From positions 310,001 through 374,000 of the forward strand of contig NZ_JAJQXW010000003.1 of the NCBI RefSeq assembly GCF_021246445.1: DNA of 64,000 nt, in the 5' to 3' direction. The notes beneath the pieces were generated by a model, which saw only the letters and a list, made by a program, of their open reading frames with translations, searched no databases and was not told the DNA's origin. Position 1 is the first letter of the stretch. Each line of letters starts with the position of its first letter. This DNA comes from Rhabdothermincola salaria. GTDB lineage: Bacteria; Actinomycetota; Acidimicrobiia; Acidimicrobiales; Acidimicrobilacustridaceae. Below, piece after piece: positions 48,553-58,314 of this stretch. A program made the translations under genes and the position numbers.

Positions 48553-49968
48553 TCACTGGGTGTAGGCGGTGGAGATGCGGTCCTCGCCCAGCTGGGCTTC
48601 GACGACCGTGGGCACGTCCGGGCTCACCGCGGCCACGTAGGACTCGTCGCAGGCGAACTCGCCGAGCTCCTCGGGCATGGCCTGGACGTACTCGGTGCCC
48701 TGCATGCGCATCACGATGACGCACTCGGGCGGTTGGTTGCCCGCCGGGTTGGTCTCGGCGTGCAGGCCGCCACCGGTCCAGCTGGTGATCTGACCGAGCT
48801 GGTCGATCATGCAGTCACGGGTGAGCTCGGCCCCGCAGGCGTCCGCGGCGGTCGCCCACAGCAGGAAGGCCGAGGTGGATTGCGCGCCCAGCAATGCGGG
48901 CTCCCCGCCGGACTCCTCGACCACGTCGAGGTACTGCTGGGTGGCCGCGTTCTGGTCGGCAGCCTCGAACGGCACGAAGGCCAACCGCACGAACACGTTG
49001 TCGGCGTAGCCGTTGGCGTTGGCCGCCACGAAGCTGTCGTCGTAGAAGTTGGCGTCGGTGATCCACAGGGGGTTGTAGTCCTGCTGGTCGCCGGCCTGCA
49101 GGAAGTTCTGGAAGTTGGGCAGGGGCGAGCCGGCGAAGTACACGAACTGCGCTCCGCAGTCCTTCAGCGACTGGACGATCGGCTGCCACTGGACGTTGCC
49201 GGCGATCGGGTAGGTCTGCTGGCAGTCGGCCAGGAACTCCCAGCCCGCCTCGGGGTACGTGTCGAGCACCTTCTCGGTGGACTCGCGGGTGGCGGCGTAG
49301 TCGCCGAACACGGCGGCGGCGCTCGTCACCTCTTCCGGGTACTCCTCGGCCAGGAGGTAGGCCTGGCCCACCGGGGTCAGGTCGACCGGGTTGGGCACGG
49401 CGTTGAAGGTCCAGGGGCCATGGGCGACGGTGGAGCTCACCGTGTAGCCGGGCACCTGGGGCAGCTCGCAGCCGACGCGGGTCTGCTCAGCGGCACCGTC
49501 GAGGGACCAGCCCTGACCGACCAGCATGAACACCTGGTCGCAGGCCTCGAGCATGACGTTGGTGGAGTCCAGGATCTTGGCGTCGTAGTAGTTGCCCACG
49601 ACGGTGCGCCCGTTGATGCCACCCTGTTCGTTGCACCAGTCGATCATGGCGACGACGGCGTCGGACATCTGCGAGTTGAGGCCGGGCGCAGCCTGGTAGC
49701 CGGCGTCGTCGCCGTAGCCGATGGTGATCGAGTCGGCGGTCACGAACTCACCCTGGTCGGTGAGCTCGACCCCGTCCTCGGCCGGACCGCACGGCGAGGC
49801 CAGGTCGCCGAAGCCGTCGGCCGGACCGCCCTCGCCGGCGTCGGCGGAGGTGGTCGGGCTGTCGTCGCCGTTCGAGGCGTCGTCGCTGCGATCCGCGCCC
49901 CCACAAGCGGCGGCCACCAGACCGAGTGCCATCAAGACGGCCAGCAAGCGCCAGCGTGTAGTCCGCAT
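48553..49968 (-). CDS. ABC substrate-binding lipoprotein (type 1 PBP fold)
   Basis: LVAAAC lipobox; WCNEQGGINGR. Confidence 0.85.
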   Translation of the reverse strand: MRTTRWRLLAVLMALGLVAAACGGADRSDDASNGDDSPTTSADAGEGGPADGFGDLASPCGPAEDGVELTDQGEFVTADSITIGYGDDAGYQAAPGLNSQMSDAVVAMIDWCNEQGGINGRTVVGNYYDAKILDSTNVMLEACDQVFMLVGQGWSLDGAAEQTRVGCELPQVPGYTVSSTVAHGPWTFNAVPNPVDLTPVGQAYLLAEEYPEEVTSAAAVFGDYAATRESTEKVLDTYPEAGWEFLADCQQTYPIAGNVQWQPIVQSLKDCGAQFVYFAGSPLPNFQNFLQAGDQQDYNPLWITDANFYDDSFVAANANGYADNVFVRLAFVPFEAADQNAATQQYLDVVEESGGEPALLGAQSTSAFLLWATAADACGAELTRDCMIDQLGQITSWTGGGLHAETNPAGNQPPECVIVMRMQGTEYVQAMPEELGEFACDESYVAAVSPDVPTVVEAQLGEDRISTAYTQ

Positions 49969-50041
49969 GTCGTGGGTTACCCCCAAGTTCCGGTGCTCAC
50001 TCCCGAGCAGCGTTGGACCATCCCGGAGACCTCCGAGATGA

Positions 50042-50066
50042 TGACATCGGTCAATGACGAAGGTCA
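50042..50066. promoter_or_regulatory. Tandem TGAC-N4-GTCA palindromes
   Basis: TGACATCGGTCA and TGACGAAGGTCA, 13-bp period. Confidence 0.55.
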
Positions 50067-50157
50067 CTAAACCGGTGGCGGAGCGTAGGTGGACCCGCCC
50101 ATCCGAGTCAATGGCGGCCATGAAAACGAGTTGCGATGCTCCCGGCCCGAACGCGAC

Positions 50158-50184
50158 GGTGCCCCGCCGCGAAGGCGGGGCACC
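50158..50184 (-). terminator. Hairpin downstream of the binding-protein gene
   Basis: GGTGCCCCGCC-GCGAA-GGCGGGGCACC. Confidence 0.6.
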
Positions 50185-50222
50185 ATCGTGTCCATGGCGA
50201 GGCCGGCGCAGCGGCCCCGGGA

Positions 50223-51635
50223 TCAGCCGGTGTACTTGCGGGACTTGCGGTCCGGGCCCACCTCGGCCTCGGCGGCCGCGGGGATCTCGACGGTGCTGAG
50301 GTAGTCGGGGGAGCAGTCGAAGGTGGTCTCCTCCTCCGGGCTCCACTGCACGAACTCCGTGCCCTGCAACAGCAGCGTCATCCCGCATTCGGCCGGGAGG
50401 TTGCCACCGGGGTTCGTCTCGGCGTGCAGACCGCCGCCGGTCCAGGCCGTGGTCTCCTCCAGCGCGCCGACCACGCACGCGCGGCTCACGTCGTCACCAC
50501 AGGACTGCACGGCCGTGGCCCAGAGCAGGAAGGCCGACGCGGCCTGGGCCCCGAGGACGCTGATGTCGCCCCCACTGGCCTCGATCAGGTCCACGTACTG
50601 GGCGGTGGCCGGGTTGTTGTCGGCCTGCTCGAAGGGGATCACCGAGGTGGCCAGGTAGACGTTGTCGGCGTTGCCGTTCTGGTTCCAGGCCGAGAAGGAC
50701 TCCTCGTAGAGGTTGCCCAGCACCACCCAGATGGGCTCGTAGTCGGCCTGGGCGGCCGCATCGAGGAGGTTCTTCAGGTTCGGATCGGCCGCACCGGTGA
50801 AGTACACGGCCTCGGCCTCACAGGACTTGAGGCGCTGCACGAGGGCGGCCCAACCGCTCTCGCCGGAGATGGCGTACTGCTGGGGGCACTCGAGGAACTC
50901 CCACCCCTGCTGCTCGGCCGCGGCGACGAAGCGGTCCTTCGACTCGATGGTGGCCGGGAAGTCGGCGAAGACCGACGAGGCCCTCACGACCTTGTCCGGG
51001 TAGGCGTCGGCCAGGGCGGCCATGGTGGCCGAGTTCATCTTGTCGACCGGCTGGGGCAACGGCGCGAAGGCGGCCGGACCCATCGAGACGGTGGGCGAGG
51101 TGATGTAGGACGCGACCAACGGCAGATCGCACCCGACACGGGTCTGCTCCCCACCGCCGTCGAGCGCCCAACCGGTGCCCACCAGCATGAAGACCTGCTC
51201 GCAGGCCTCGGTCATGGCGTTGCCGACCTCGAGGATCTTGGCGTCGTAGTAGTTGCCTTCGATGGTGCGCCCGTTGATGCCACCCTGCTCGTTGCACCAG
51301 TCGATCATGGCGACGACGGCGTCGGACATCTGCTGGTTCAGGCCCGGCGAGCCCTGGAAGCCGGCGTCGTCGCCGTAGCCGATCAGGATGCTCTCGTCGG
51401 CGACGCCCTGCTCGCCGGCGGGGACGGCACCGGGAGTGCCGTCGGGAGCCTCGCCGCACGGCGAGGGAAGGTCACCGAACTCGGTGGGCCCGTCGGCGGG
51501 CGACGCCGTCGTCGGGGTGGAGTCACCCTCGTCGGCAGGCGTGGCGGCCTCGTCTCGTGCGCCACCACAGGCCGAAGCCACCAGGAGCAGGGCCAGGAGC
51601 CCGCCCAGCCATCGCAGGCGCGATGCACGTACCAC
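50223..51635 (-). CDS. ABC substrate-binding lipoprotein, paralog of 48553-49968
   Basis: LVASAC lipobox; shared QMSDAVVAMIDWCNEQGGINGR. Confidence 0.85.
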   Translation of the reverse strand: MVRASRLRWLGGLLALLLVASACGGARDEAATPADEGDSTPTTASPADGPTEFGDLPSPCGEAPDGTPGAVPAGEQGVADESILIGYGDDAGFQGSPGLNQQMSDAVVAMIDWCNEQGGINGRTIEGNYYDAKILEVGNAMTEACEQVFMLVGTGWALDGGGEQTRVGCDLPLVASYITSPTVSMGPAAFAPLPQPVDKMNSATMAALADAYPDKVVRASSVFADFPATIESKDRFVAAAEQQGWEFLECPQQYAISGESGWAALVQRLKSCEAEAVYFTGAADPNLKNLLDAAAQADYEPIWVVLGNLYEESFSAWNQNGNADNVYLATSVIPFEQADNNPATAQYVDLIEASGGDISVLGAQAASAFLLWATAVQSCGDDVSRACVVGALEETTAWTGGGLHAETNPGGNLPAECGMTLLLQGTEFVQWSPEEETTFDCSPDYLSTVEIPAAAEAEVGPDRKSRKYTG

Positions 51636-51746
51636 AGTGATCCCCCGTCGTCGGAGTTCTCCGACCTCGGCGACGCCGACGTCGTGGGTGGGCCGGGTGC
51701 CCACCGGACGACGGAACCTAACGGGCGTTCACTTGAGCGAACAAAC

Positions 51747-51770
51747 TGACTCCGTCAGATGACTCGGTCA
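51747..51770. promoter_or_regulatory. Tandem TGAC-N3-GTCA palindromes
   Basis: TGACTCCGTCA and TGACTCGGTCA, 13-bp period. Confidence 0.55.
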
Positions 51771-51804
51771 AGGAGTTGCCCGTACGCCCGGCTCCCGACA
51801 CGAG

Positions 51805-51836
51805 CACGGGCCCCGGCCTGGTGGCCGGGGCCCGTG
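51805..51836 (-). terminator. 14-bp stem downstream of the Opu-type operon
   Basis: CACGGGCCCCGGCC-TGGT-GGCCGGGGCCCGTG. Confidence 0.55.
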
Positions 51837-52008
51837 TCCCTGGGGGTCTTGCGCCGGGGCACGGAGTCGTGGACCCGGTGCCCTCGGTCGATGGGTGGTG
51901 CCGCCCGCGCCTGGCGCCGCCGCGGATCGGACGGTTGGCCGTGACTTCTGTCACAGACCGTAGGCCTTGCTGACGAGGGCGTCAACCACCTCGGCGCCGA
52001 TCGGCGCC

Positions 52009-52956
52009 TCAGGTCAGGCCGTTGTCGCTCAGGAAGGCGGCGACGATGGCCGAGGCGTCCTCGCGGTCGACCACGTAGGCCCGGTTCATCTCGGTGACGT
52101 TCTCGGTGGTCAGCGCCGCCGAGATCTCGTCGATCCGATCCACCAGGTCCTGGCCGTAGGCGTCGACGAGGGCCTGGGCCATCACCGGGACGATGTTCTC
52201 GGCCGGCAGCATGCCCTGATCGTCCTCCAGCACGACGAGGTCGTCGTCGATCAAGGGGGGATCGGTGGAGAAGGCCACCGCCACGTCGAACTCGCCACCT
52301 CGGAGGGCATCGATGCGACCGTCGTCGAGCGCCACCAGGTTCCCCGACATGTCGAGGCCGTAGGTCTCCTCCAGACCGGGGATGCAGAACGGGTTCGTCT
52401 CGCAGTCCGACGGTGCCCCGAGCCGGAGGTCCGCCCCGTTCTCGGCCAGGTCCGAGAGGGTCTCGATGCCCAGGTCCTCAGCCGTCTCCCGCAGCATCAC
52501 GAAGGCGTTGGTGTTGACCGCCTCGCTCGGCTCGGCCACCACGATGCCCTGCTCCTCGAGCAGGCTCGCCGCCTGGTCGGCGTTCTCGCCGACGTCGTTG
52601 CCCGCCGGGGCATCGGGATCGGCCAGGAAGTTCAGCATCGACCCGGCGTACTCGAGCGCGAAGTTCACGTCGCCGTTCTCGAAGGCCCCGTAGAGCAGGT
52701 CCCGGTAGCCGCCCAGGTCCTGGACCGAGGTCTGGTAGCCGGACTCGGCGAGGCCCTGGGCGTAGAGCTCGGAGAGCACGACGCTCTCGGGGAAGTCCTG
52801 GGCCCCGATGACGATGGCGGGACCGTCGGGGACGTCGGCGGCGTCGTCACCACCGGAGTCGTCACTGCCGCAGGCGGCCGCCGTGAGGCCCATCACCGCC
52901 AGGAGGGCGAAGAGGGCGAGCAGCGGACGGCGCCGCTGCGAACGGGTGCTGGTCAT
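52009..52956 (-). CDS. Glycine betaine/osmoprotectant ABC substrate-binding lipoprotein
   Basis: LTAAAC lipobox, IGAQDFPESVVLSELYAQ, LEDDQGMLP. Confidence 0.88.
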   Translation of the reverse strand: MTSTRSQRRRPLLALFALLAVMGLTAAACGSDDSGGDDAADVPDGPAIVIGAQDFPESVVLSELYAQGLAESGYQTSVQDLGGYRDLLYGAFENGDVNFALEYAGSMLNFLADPDAPAGNDVGENADQAASLLEEQGIVVAEPSEAVNTNAFVMLRETAEDLGIETLSDLAENGADLRLGAPSDCETNPFCIPGLEETYGLDMSGNLVALDDGRIDALRGGEFDVAVAFSTDPPLIDDDLVVLEDDQGMLPAENIVPVMAQALVDAYGQDLVDRIDEISAALTTENVTEMNRAYVVDREDASAIVAAFLSDNGLT

Positions 52957-53006
52957 GGTGGGTTTCCTTTCGTGGGGAACGGTATGAGATCGGGTGGAGG
53001 TGGGCT

Positions 53007-53762
53007 TCAGCGCACCGGGAGCGCGCCGGCGACTGCGGCGCCGGGGTCGGCGGGGTCGACGGTTCGGCGTCGGCGCCAGCGGCCGCCGGAACCACCAGCC
53101 GTCCGCGTCCACGGTGTGAGCGCCCACTGGAGGGCACCGAGGACGATCTCGGCGAGCAGCCAGAGCGCCCCCACCGCCAGGGTGCCGACGACCAGCTTGG
53201 CGTCGTCGCGCTGGGCCAGACCCTCGGTGAGGTAGGACCCGAGGGCCTGGTAGCCGAAGATCGAGGCGAGCGTGGCGGTCGACATGACCTGCACCGTGGC
53301 GGTGCGGATGCCGGCCAGCACCAGCGGGAGAGCGACGGGGAGCTGGACCGAGAAGAGGACCTGGCGCCCGGACATGCCCATGCCGCGAGCCGCCTCGACC
53401 AGGGTGGCGTCGACCCCGCGGATGCCGGTCAGGGTGTTGGTGAACAGCGGCGGCACGGCCAACAGCACCAGCGCGACCACCGAGGGCCAGAAGCCGAGCC
53501 CCAGGCCCCACAGGATGGCGATGGGGAACAACAAGGCGATCACCGCGTAGGTGGGGACCGCCCGACCGGCGGTGACCGCGGCGTTGGCCACCGGTCCCCC
53601 TCGGCCGGTGTGGCCCACGACCACGGCCAGCGGTATGGCCACGACCATGGCGACGGCCATGGCCAGCAGGGACAGCTGGAGGTGGGCGACGGTGCGCTCG
53701 GGGAGCCCGCGGGGCCCGCTCCACTCGATGGTCTCCCACAACGACAGCACCACGGATGTCAC
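53007..53762 (-). CDS. Osmoprotectant ABC permease
   Basis: EAARGMGM (EAA loop), VQLPVALP. Confidence 0.9.
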   Translation of the reverse strand: MTSVVLSLWETIEWSGPRGLPERTVAHLQLSLLAMAVAMVVAIPLAVVVGHTGRGGPVANAAVTAGRAVPTYAVIALLFPIAILWGLGLGFWPSVVALVLLAVPPLFTNTLTGIRGVDATLVEAARGMGMSGRQVLFSVQLPVALPLVLAGIRTATVQVMSTATLASIFGYQALGSYLTEGLAQRDDAKLVVGTLAVGALWLLAEIVLGALQWALTPWTRTAGGSGGRWRRRRTVDPADPGAAVAGALPVR

Positions 53763-54454
53763 GTCCCCACCGCCGCAGCTCGGCTCCACGGGGTCAGCTG
53801 CCGCTGCACGCCCCACAGGGCCAGATCGAGCAGCAGGGCCATCACGATCGACAGGCCCGCCCCGATCACGATCGGCGTGGGGAAGTTGTCACGGGAGAGC
53901 CCCATGTTGATGAGCGCCCCGTAGCCGCCCTCGCCGACCAGCGCCGAGATCGTCACCAGCCCGACCGTGCCCACGGTGGCGATGCGGATGCCGGCCATGA
54001 TGGTGGGCAGGGCCAGCGGCAGCTCCACGCTCCAGAAGCGCCGCCAGGGGCGAAGGCCCATGCCCGTCGCCGCCTCGCGCACCGTGGCCGGCACGCCCTC
54101 CATGCCGGCGATCATGTTCCGCACCAGCACGACCAGCGTGTAGAGCACCAACGCCACCAGAGCCGTGCTCGTGCCCAACCCGAGGCGAGGCACCAGGAAG
54201 CCGAAGAGGGCGATGCTCGGGATCGTGTAGAGCAGGCCGGTGCCCCACAAGATGGGCGTGGCCGTGACCCGCAGCTTCACCGCCACCGCCGAGAGCAGCG
54301 CCGAGATCACGATGCCGATGAGCATCGTGAGCGCGGTGAGCTCGAGGTGCTGGATCGTGCGCTCCCAGATGTCGTCGCTGTTGCGCGCCACCCAGTCCCA
54401 CCAGATCAGCGAGTTGGCGTCGTTGGCGAGGACCTGGGGGATGCCACCGCTCAC
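53759..54454 (-). CDS. Osmoprotectant ABC permease
   Basis: TIPSIAL, EAATGMG, VELPLALP. Confidence 0.9.
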   Translation of the reverse strand: MSGGIPQVLANDANSLIWWDWVARNSDDIWERTIQHLELTALTMLIGIVISALLSAVAVKLRVTATPILWGTGLLYTIPSIALFGFLVPRLGLGTSTALVALVLYTLVVLVRNMIAGMEGVPATVREAATGMGLRPWRRFWSVELPLALPTIMAGIRIATVGTVGLVTISALVGEGGYGALINMGLSRDNFPTPIVIGAGLSIVMALLLDLALWGVQRQLTPWSRAAAVGT

Positions 54455-55437
54455 GTGAGGCTCCCGCTGATGGCCTCGACCGTGACGACGCCCACATGGT
54501 CGCCGTCGTGACCGAGCACCGCAGCCCGGTGGCCGGGAGCCCCGAGGAGGGTGTCGAGCGCGTCCTTGAGGGTGGTGGCCGGCTCGATGACCACGCCGTT
54601 GCCGTTGGCCGACATCGGGAGCAACGCGCCGGGGTCGATGTCGGCGACGGTGAGCAACGACAGCCGCTTGAGGGCGCGGTCGTTACCGAGGAAGCTCTCG
54701 ACGAACGGTGTGGCCGGGGCCCGCAGCAGCGCGTCAGGGGTGCCGTACTGCTCGATCACCCCGCCGACGTTCAGCAGCACCACCCGATCGGCGAGCTTGA
54801 TGGCCTCGTCGATGTCGTGGGTGACCAACAGGATCGTCTTGTGCAGGTTGCGTTGCAGCTCGAGGAGATCGTCCTGGAGACGGCCCCTGACCACCGGGTC
54901 GACGGCGGAGTAGGGCTCGTCCATCAACAGCACCGGCGGGTCGGCGGCCAGGGCCCGGGCGACGCCGACGCGCTGCTGCTGGCCACCGGAGAGCGCGCCG
55001 GGATAGCGGCCGAGGACCTCGGGATCGAGCCCCACCAGCCCGGTGAGCTCGGCCACCCGGGACTGGGTGCGCGCCTTGTCCCAGCCGAGCAGGGTGGGCA
55101 CGGTGGCGATGTTGGCCCCGACCGTGCGGTGGGGGAAGAGCCCGACCTGCTGGATGACGTAGCCGATGCCCCGGCGCAGCTCGTGGACCGGCATGGCGGT
55201 GGCATCACGGCCGTGCAGGAGGATCCGACCGCTGGTCGGCTCGATGAGCCGGTTGACCATCTTGAGGATGGTGGTCTTGCCGCAGCCCGAAGGTCCCACG
55301 AGGGCCACCAGCTCACCGGTGGGGACGTCGAGGTCGAGGGCGGCCACGGCCGGCGCCGCGGAGCCCTCGTAGTGCTTGGTGACCTGCTCCAGCCGGATGG
55401 CGGGCACGGGTACGGCTCCGCCCTCGACTCGGCTCAC
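54451..55437 (-). CDS. Osmoprotectant ABC ATP-binding protein (OpuCA/ProV-like)
   Basis: GPSGCGKT, LSGGQQQR, MDEP, degenerate CBS-like tail; start uncertain. Confidence 0.9.
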   Translation of the reverse strand: MSRVEGGAVPVPAIRLEQVTKHYEGSAAPAVAALDLDVPTGELVALVGPSGCGKTTILKMVNRLIEPTSGRILLHGRDATAMPVHELRRGIGYVIQQVGLFPHRTVGANIATVPTLLGWDKARTQSRVAELTGLVGLDPEVLGRYPGALSGGQQQRVGVARALAADPPVLLMDEPYSAVDPVVRGRLQDDLLELQRNLHKTILLVTHDIDEAIKLADRVVLLNVGGVIEQYGTPDALLRAPATPFVESFLGNDRALKRLSLLTVADIDPGALLPMSANGNGVVIEPATTLKDALDTLLGAPGHRAAVLGHDGDHVGVVTVEAISGSLT

Positions 55438-55665
55438 GTGTCCTCCCCGCGTGTGCGGCCCCGGATCCGTCGTGACGGGAGATGGCGTTCGCCATCCCTG
55501 TGGGTCTTCGCCGGACACGTTACCGCCGCCGACGCGCCGAACCCCGGTCCGGCGAGAACGTGCTCGCGGGCGCCACCACGGCCCCCGAGATCGACGGAGG
55601 CACTCGCCCTGCCCTGGAGATCCGGGTTCCCGACCTCCGACCGGCCCGCCGGCGGGCCGGTCGGC

Positions 55666-57384
55666 TCAGACGGCGACGGTCTCGGTGTCGCGGCCCGATC
55701 GCAGGGTGGTGCCGGGGGTGTCGCCGGTGACTCGGCCGTCGCGCACGATCTCGACCCCGTTGACGATGGTGCAGTCGATCCCCGTGGCCTCGCTGAAGAG
55801 ACGCCAACCGCCGCCCGGGAGGTCCTGGCGGGGCGCCACCGTGCCGGGTCCCACGGTGGCCGGGTCGAAGACGACGAGGTCGGCACACCACCCCTCGGCC
55901 ACCCGACCCCGGCCGGTGAGGCCGTAGAGGCGGGCCGGCGCCTCGGTGAAGAGCTGCACCGCCCGCTCGAGCGACATCAGCCCCCGGGCCCGCACGGCCT
56001 CGGCCAGGAAGCTCGTGTGGCAGGCGAAGGTCTTCATCATGTCGAGGTGGGCGCCGGCGTCGGACCCCCCGGCGATCACCCGGGGGTCGGTGTCGAGCAG
56101 ACGGACGCGCTCGGCCCACGAGCCGTCGTCGGTGCCGATGCTGACCGGCTCGAGGCCCGTCATGAGGTCGTCGGCGACCACGATGTCGAGGAGGGCGTCG
56201 ATGGGCTCGACCCCCCGCTCGACGGCGATGTCGGCCACGGTGCGGCCCACGACGTCGTGCAGGTCGGGTGAGACGGCGTCGACGATCGTGTAGGCGGCGT
56301 AGTCGGCGATGCTGTGGTTCGGCCCGGCCGTGGCTGCCGACTCGGCCAGGCGACGGCGCGTCTCCGGGTCGCCGAGCGCGGCCCGGCGCTGGTCGTGGGG
56401 CAGGTGCAACACCTCGGCCCAGCCGGGCACGATGTCGAGGACGAAGCCGGTGGCGAAGGACAGCCGCATGCGCATCGCCTCGGGCAGGCACAGCCCGACC
56501 ACGCGGCCGCCGCGAGCGGCGGCGTGGTCCGAGGCGGCCAGCTTGGCCTCACGCGAGGCCTTGGACTCCTCGCCGGCCGACACGACCATGACGTTCCAGT
56601 TGAGCGGCCGGCCGGCCGCGACCGACATGGCGGTCATGCGCTCGATCTCGGCGTCGGTGAAGCGGGCCCCGGCGCCGGGGATGAACTCCAGGGTGGTGCC
56701 CTCGTGGTCGCCGACCGCGCCGGCCAGGGCGACGAACTCGTCGTCGGTGGCGAAGCGCGACGGGACCGGACGGCCCTCGTGGTCGCTGTGGGTGGGCGAG
56801 GAGGTGCTCGAGAAGCCGAGGCCACCGGCGGCCAGGCTCTCGTGGAGCAGCGCCACCATGGCCTCGAGCTGGGCCGGGGAGGCCTCGTGGCCGACGGCAT
56901 CGGCACCCATGACCACCCGCCGCAGCGCGCTGTGGCCGACGAGGAACCCGGCGTTGACGGCCAGGCGACCGTCGAGGCGCTCGAGCCACGACCCGAAGCC
57001 GTCCCACTCCAGGTCGAGCCCGGCCTCGAGCGTCTCGACCGGCATGCCCTCGACGCGAGCGAGCATGGGCACCAGGTACTCGGCCGCCTCCGGCGTGGAC
57101 GGGGCGATGGAGAACCCGCAGTTGCCGCCGATGACGGTGGTGATCCCGTGCAGCGAGGACGGTGTGGCGGCCGGGTCCCACATGACCTGCGGGTCGTAGT
57201 GGGTGTGGAGGTCGATGAACCCCGGCGCCACCACGCGACCGGTGGCGTCGACCTCGCGGGCCGCGTCCTCGGTGACCTCCCCCACCACGACGATGCGGCC
57301 GTCGCGGACGCCGACGTCGGCGCGCACCGCCGGTGCGCCGGTGCCGTCGACGACGGTGCCACCACGGATGATCAGATCGAGCAT
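55666..57384 (-). CDS. Amidohydrolase, N-acyl-D-amino-acid deacylase family
   Basis: IRGGTVVDGTG, PGFIDLHTHYD, GNCG, SDAGAH, ADLVVFDP. Confidence 0.9.
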   Translation of the reverse strand: MLDLIIRGGTVVDGTGAPAVRADVGVRDGRIVVVGEVTEDAAREVDATGRVVAPGFIDLHTHYDPQVMWDPAATPSSLHGITTVIGGNCGFSIAPSTPEAAEYLVPMLARVEGMPVETLEAGLDLEWDGFGSWLERLDGRLAVNAGFLVGHSALRRVVMGADAVGHEASPAQLEAMVALLHESLAAGGLGFSSTSSPTHSDHEGRPVPSRFATDDEFVALAGAVGDHEGTTLEFIPGAGARFTDAEIERMTAMSVAAGRPLNWNVMVVSAGEESKASREAKLAASDHAAARGGRVVGLCLPEAMRMRLSFATGFVLDIVPGWAEVLHLPHDQRRAALGDPETRRRLAESAATAGPNHSIADYAAYTIVDAVSPDLHDVVGRTVADIAVERGVEPIDALLDIVVADDLMTGLEPVSIGTDDGSWAERVRLLDTDPRVIAGGSDAGAHLDMMKTFACHTSFLAEAVRARGLMSLERAVQLFTEAPARLYGLTGRGRVAEGWCADLVVFDPATVGPGTVAPRQDLPGGGWRLFSEATGIDCTIVNGVEIVRDGRVTGDTPGTTLRSGRDTETVAV

Positions 57385-57483
57385 GACGTGTACCCCCGGG
57401 ACGTCTCGACCCCTCGCGGGTCCCGGCCATCCTGGCACCACCCCGGTGGGCGCTCCACCACGCGAACCGTAGGATCGCCGTCC

Positions 57484-58314
57484 GTGAGCCGCCCCGTCCT
57501 CGACCGCCCGCCGTCCGACCACGTCCTGCGGGAGCTGGGCCTGGAGGTCGACCAGCGTGACGACGGCACCCTCATCGGCCACCTCCCGGTCACCGACGCG
57601 GTGCGGGCACCGTCGGGCGAACCGCTCCTCGGGGTGGTGGCCACGATGGTCGACATGATGGGGGGCATGGCGTCGATCCGGGCCTGCACCCCGGATCGGG
57701 TGGCCACCGCCGACATGAGCCTGCACCTGCTCCCCACGGGGGGCACCGACCGGCTCGACGGCACCATGCACATCCGGCGGCGAGGCCGGCGCACCCTGGT
57801 GGTGGAGGTCGAACTGTTCGGGGACCGCCGCCAGCCCGCCGGGTTGGCCACGCTCACCTTCGCCGTGCTCCCCCAACCACCCGGCGCCCCGGTGCTGCCG
57901 GCCATCGACCTCGGACGGCGTCCGGCCGTCGAGCCCTCCGGCGTCGGGGGCCGCCCCTTCCACCGGGCCCTCGGCCTGCGGTCCGCCACCCCCGGCGTCG
58001 TGGAGATCGACGTGGTGCCCGCCGTGCAGAACAGCCTCGGGGCCCTGAACGGCGGCTTCCTCACCTCCACCATCGACGCCGCCGTGGCCGGGGCCGCCAC
58101 CGAGATCATGGGCCGGCCGGCCGAGACGGTCGACCTGCAGGTGGCCTTCCTGGAGCTCGGACGGGTGGGGCCGGTCCGGTCCGTCGCCGAGCTCGTCGGC
58201 GACCGCGCCACCGCGGGGCACGACCGCCGGGCGGCCTTCGAGATCACGGTCCTCGACGGTGGCGCCGACGACGAGGTCCTCACCCGCGCCACCGCCGTGG
58301 CGGTGGCGCCGTGA
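57484..58314 (+). CDS. Double hotdog-fold (PaaI-like) thioesterase family protein
   Basis: Two hotdog repeats; NSLGALNGG. Confidence 0.75.
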   Translation: MSRPVLDRPPSDHVLRELGLEVDQRDDGTLIGHLPVTDAVRAPSGEPLLGVVATMVDMMGGMASIRACTPDRVATADMSLHLLPTGGTDRLDGTMHIRRRGRRTLVVEVELFGDRRQPAGLATLTFAVLPQPPGAPVLPAIDLGRRPAVEPSGVGGRPFHRALGLRSATPGVVEIDVVPAVQNSLGALNGGFLTSTIDAAVAGAATEIMGRPAETVDLQVAFLELGRVGPVRSVAELVGDRATAGHDRRAAFEITVLDGGADDEVLTRATAVAVAP

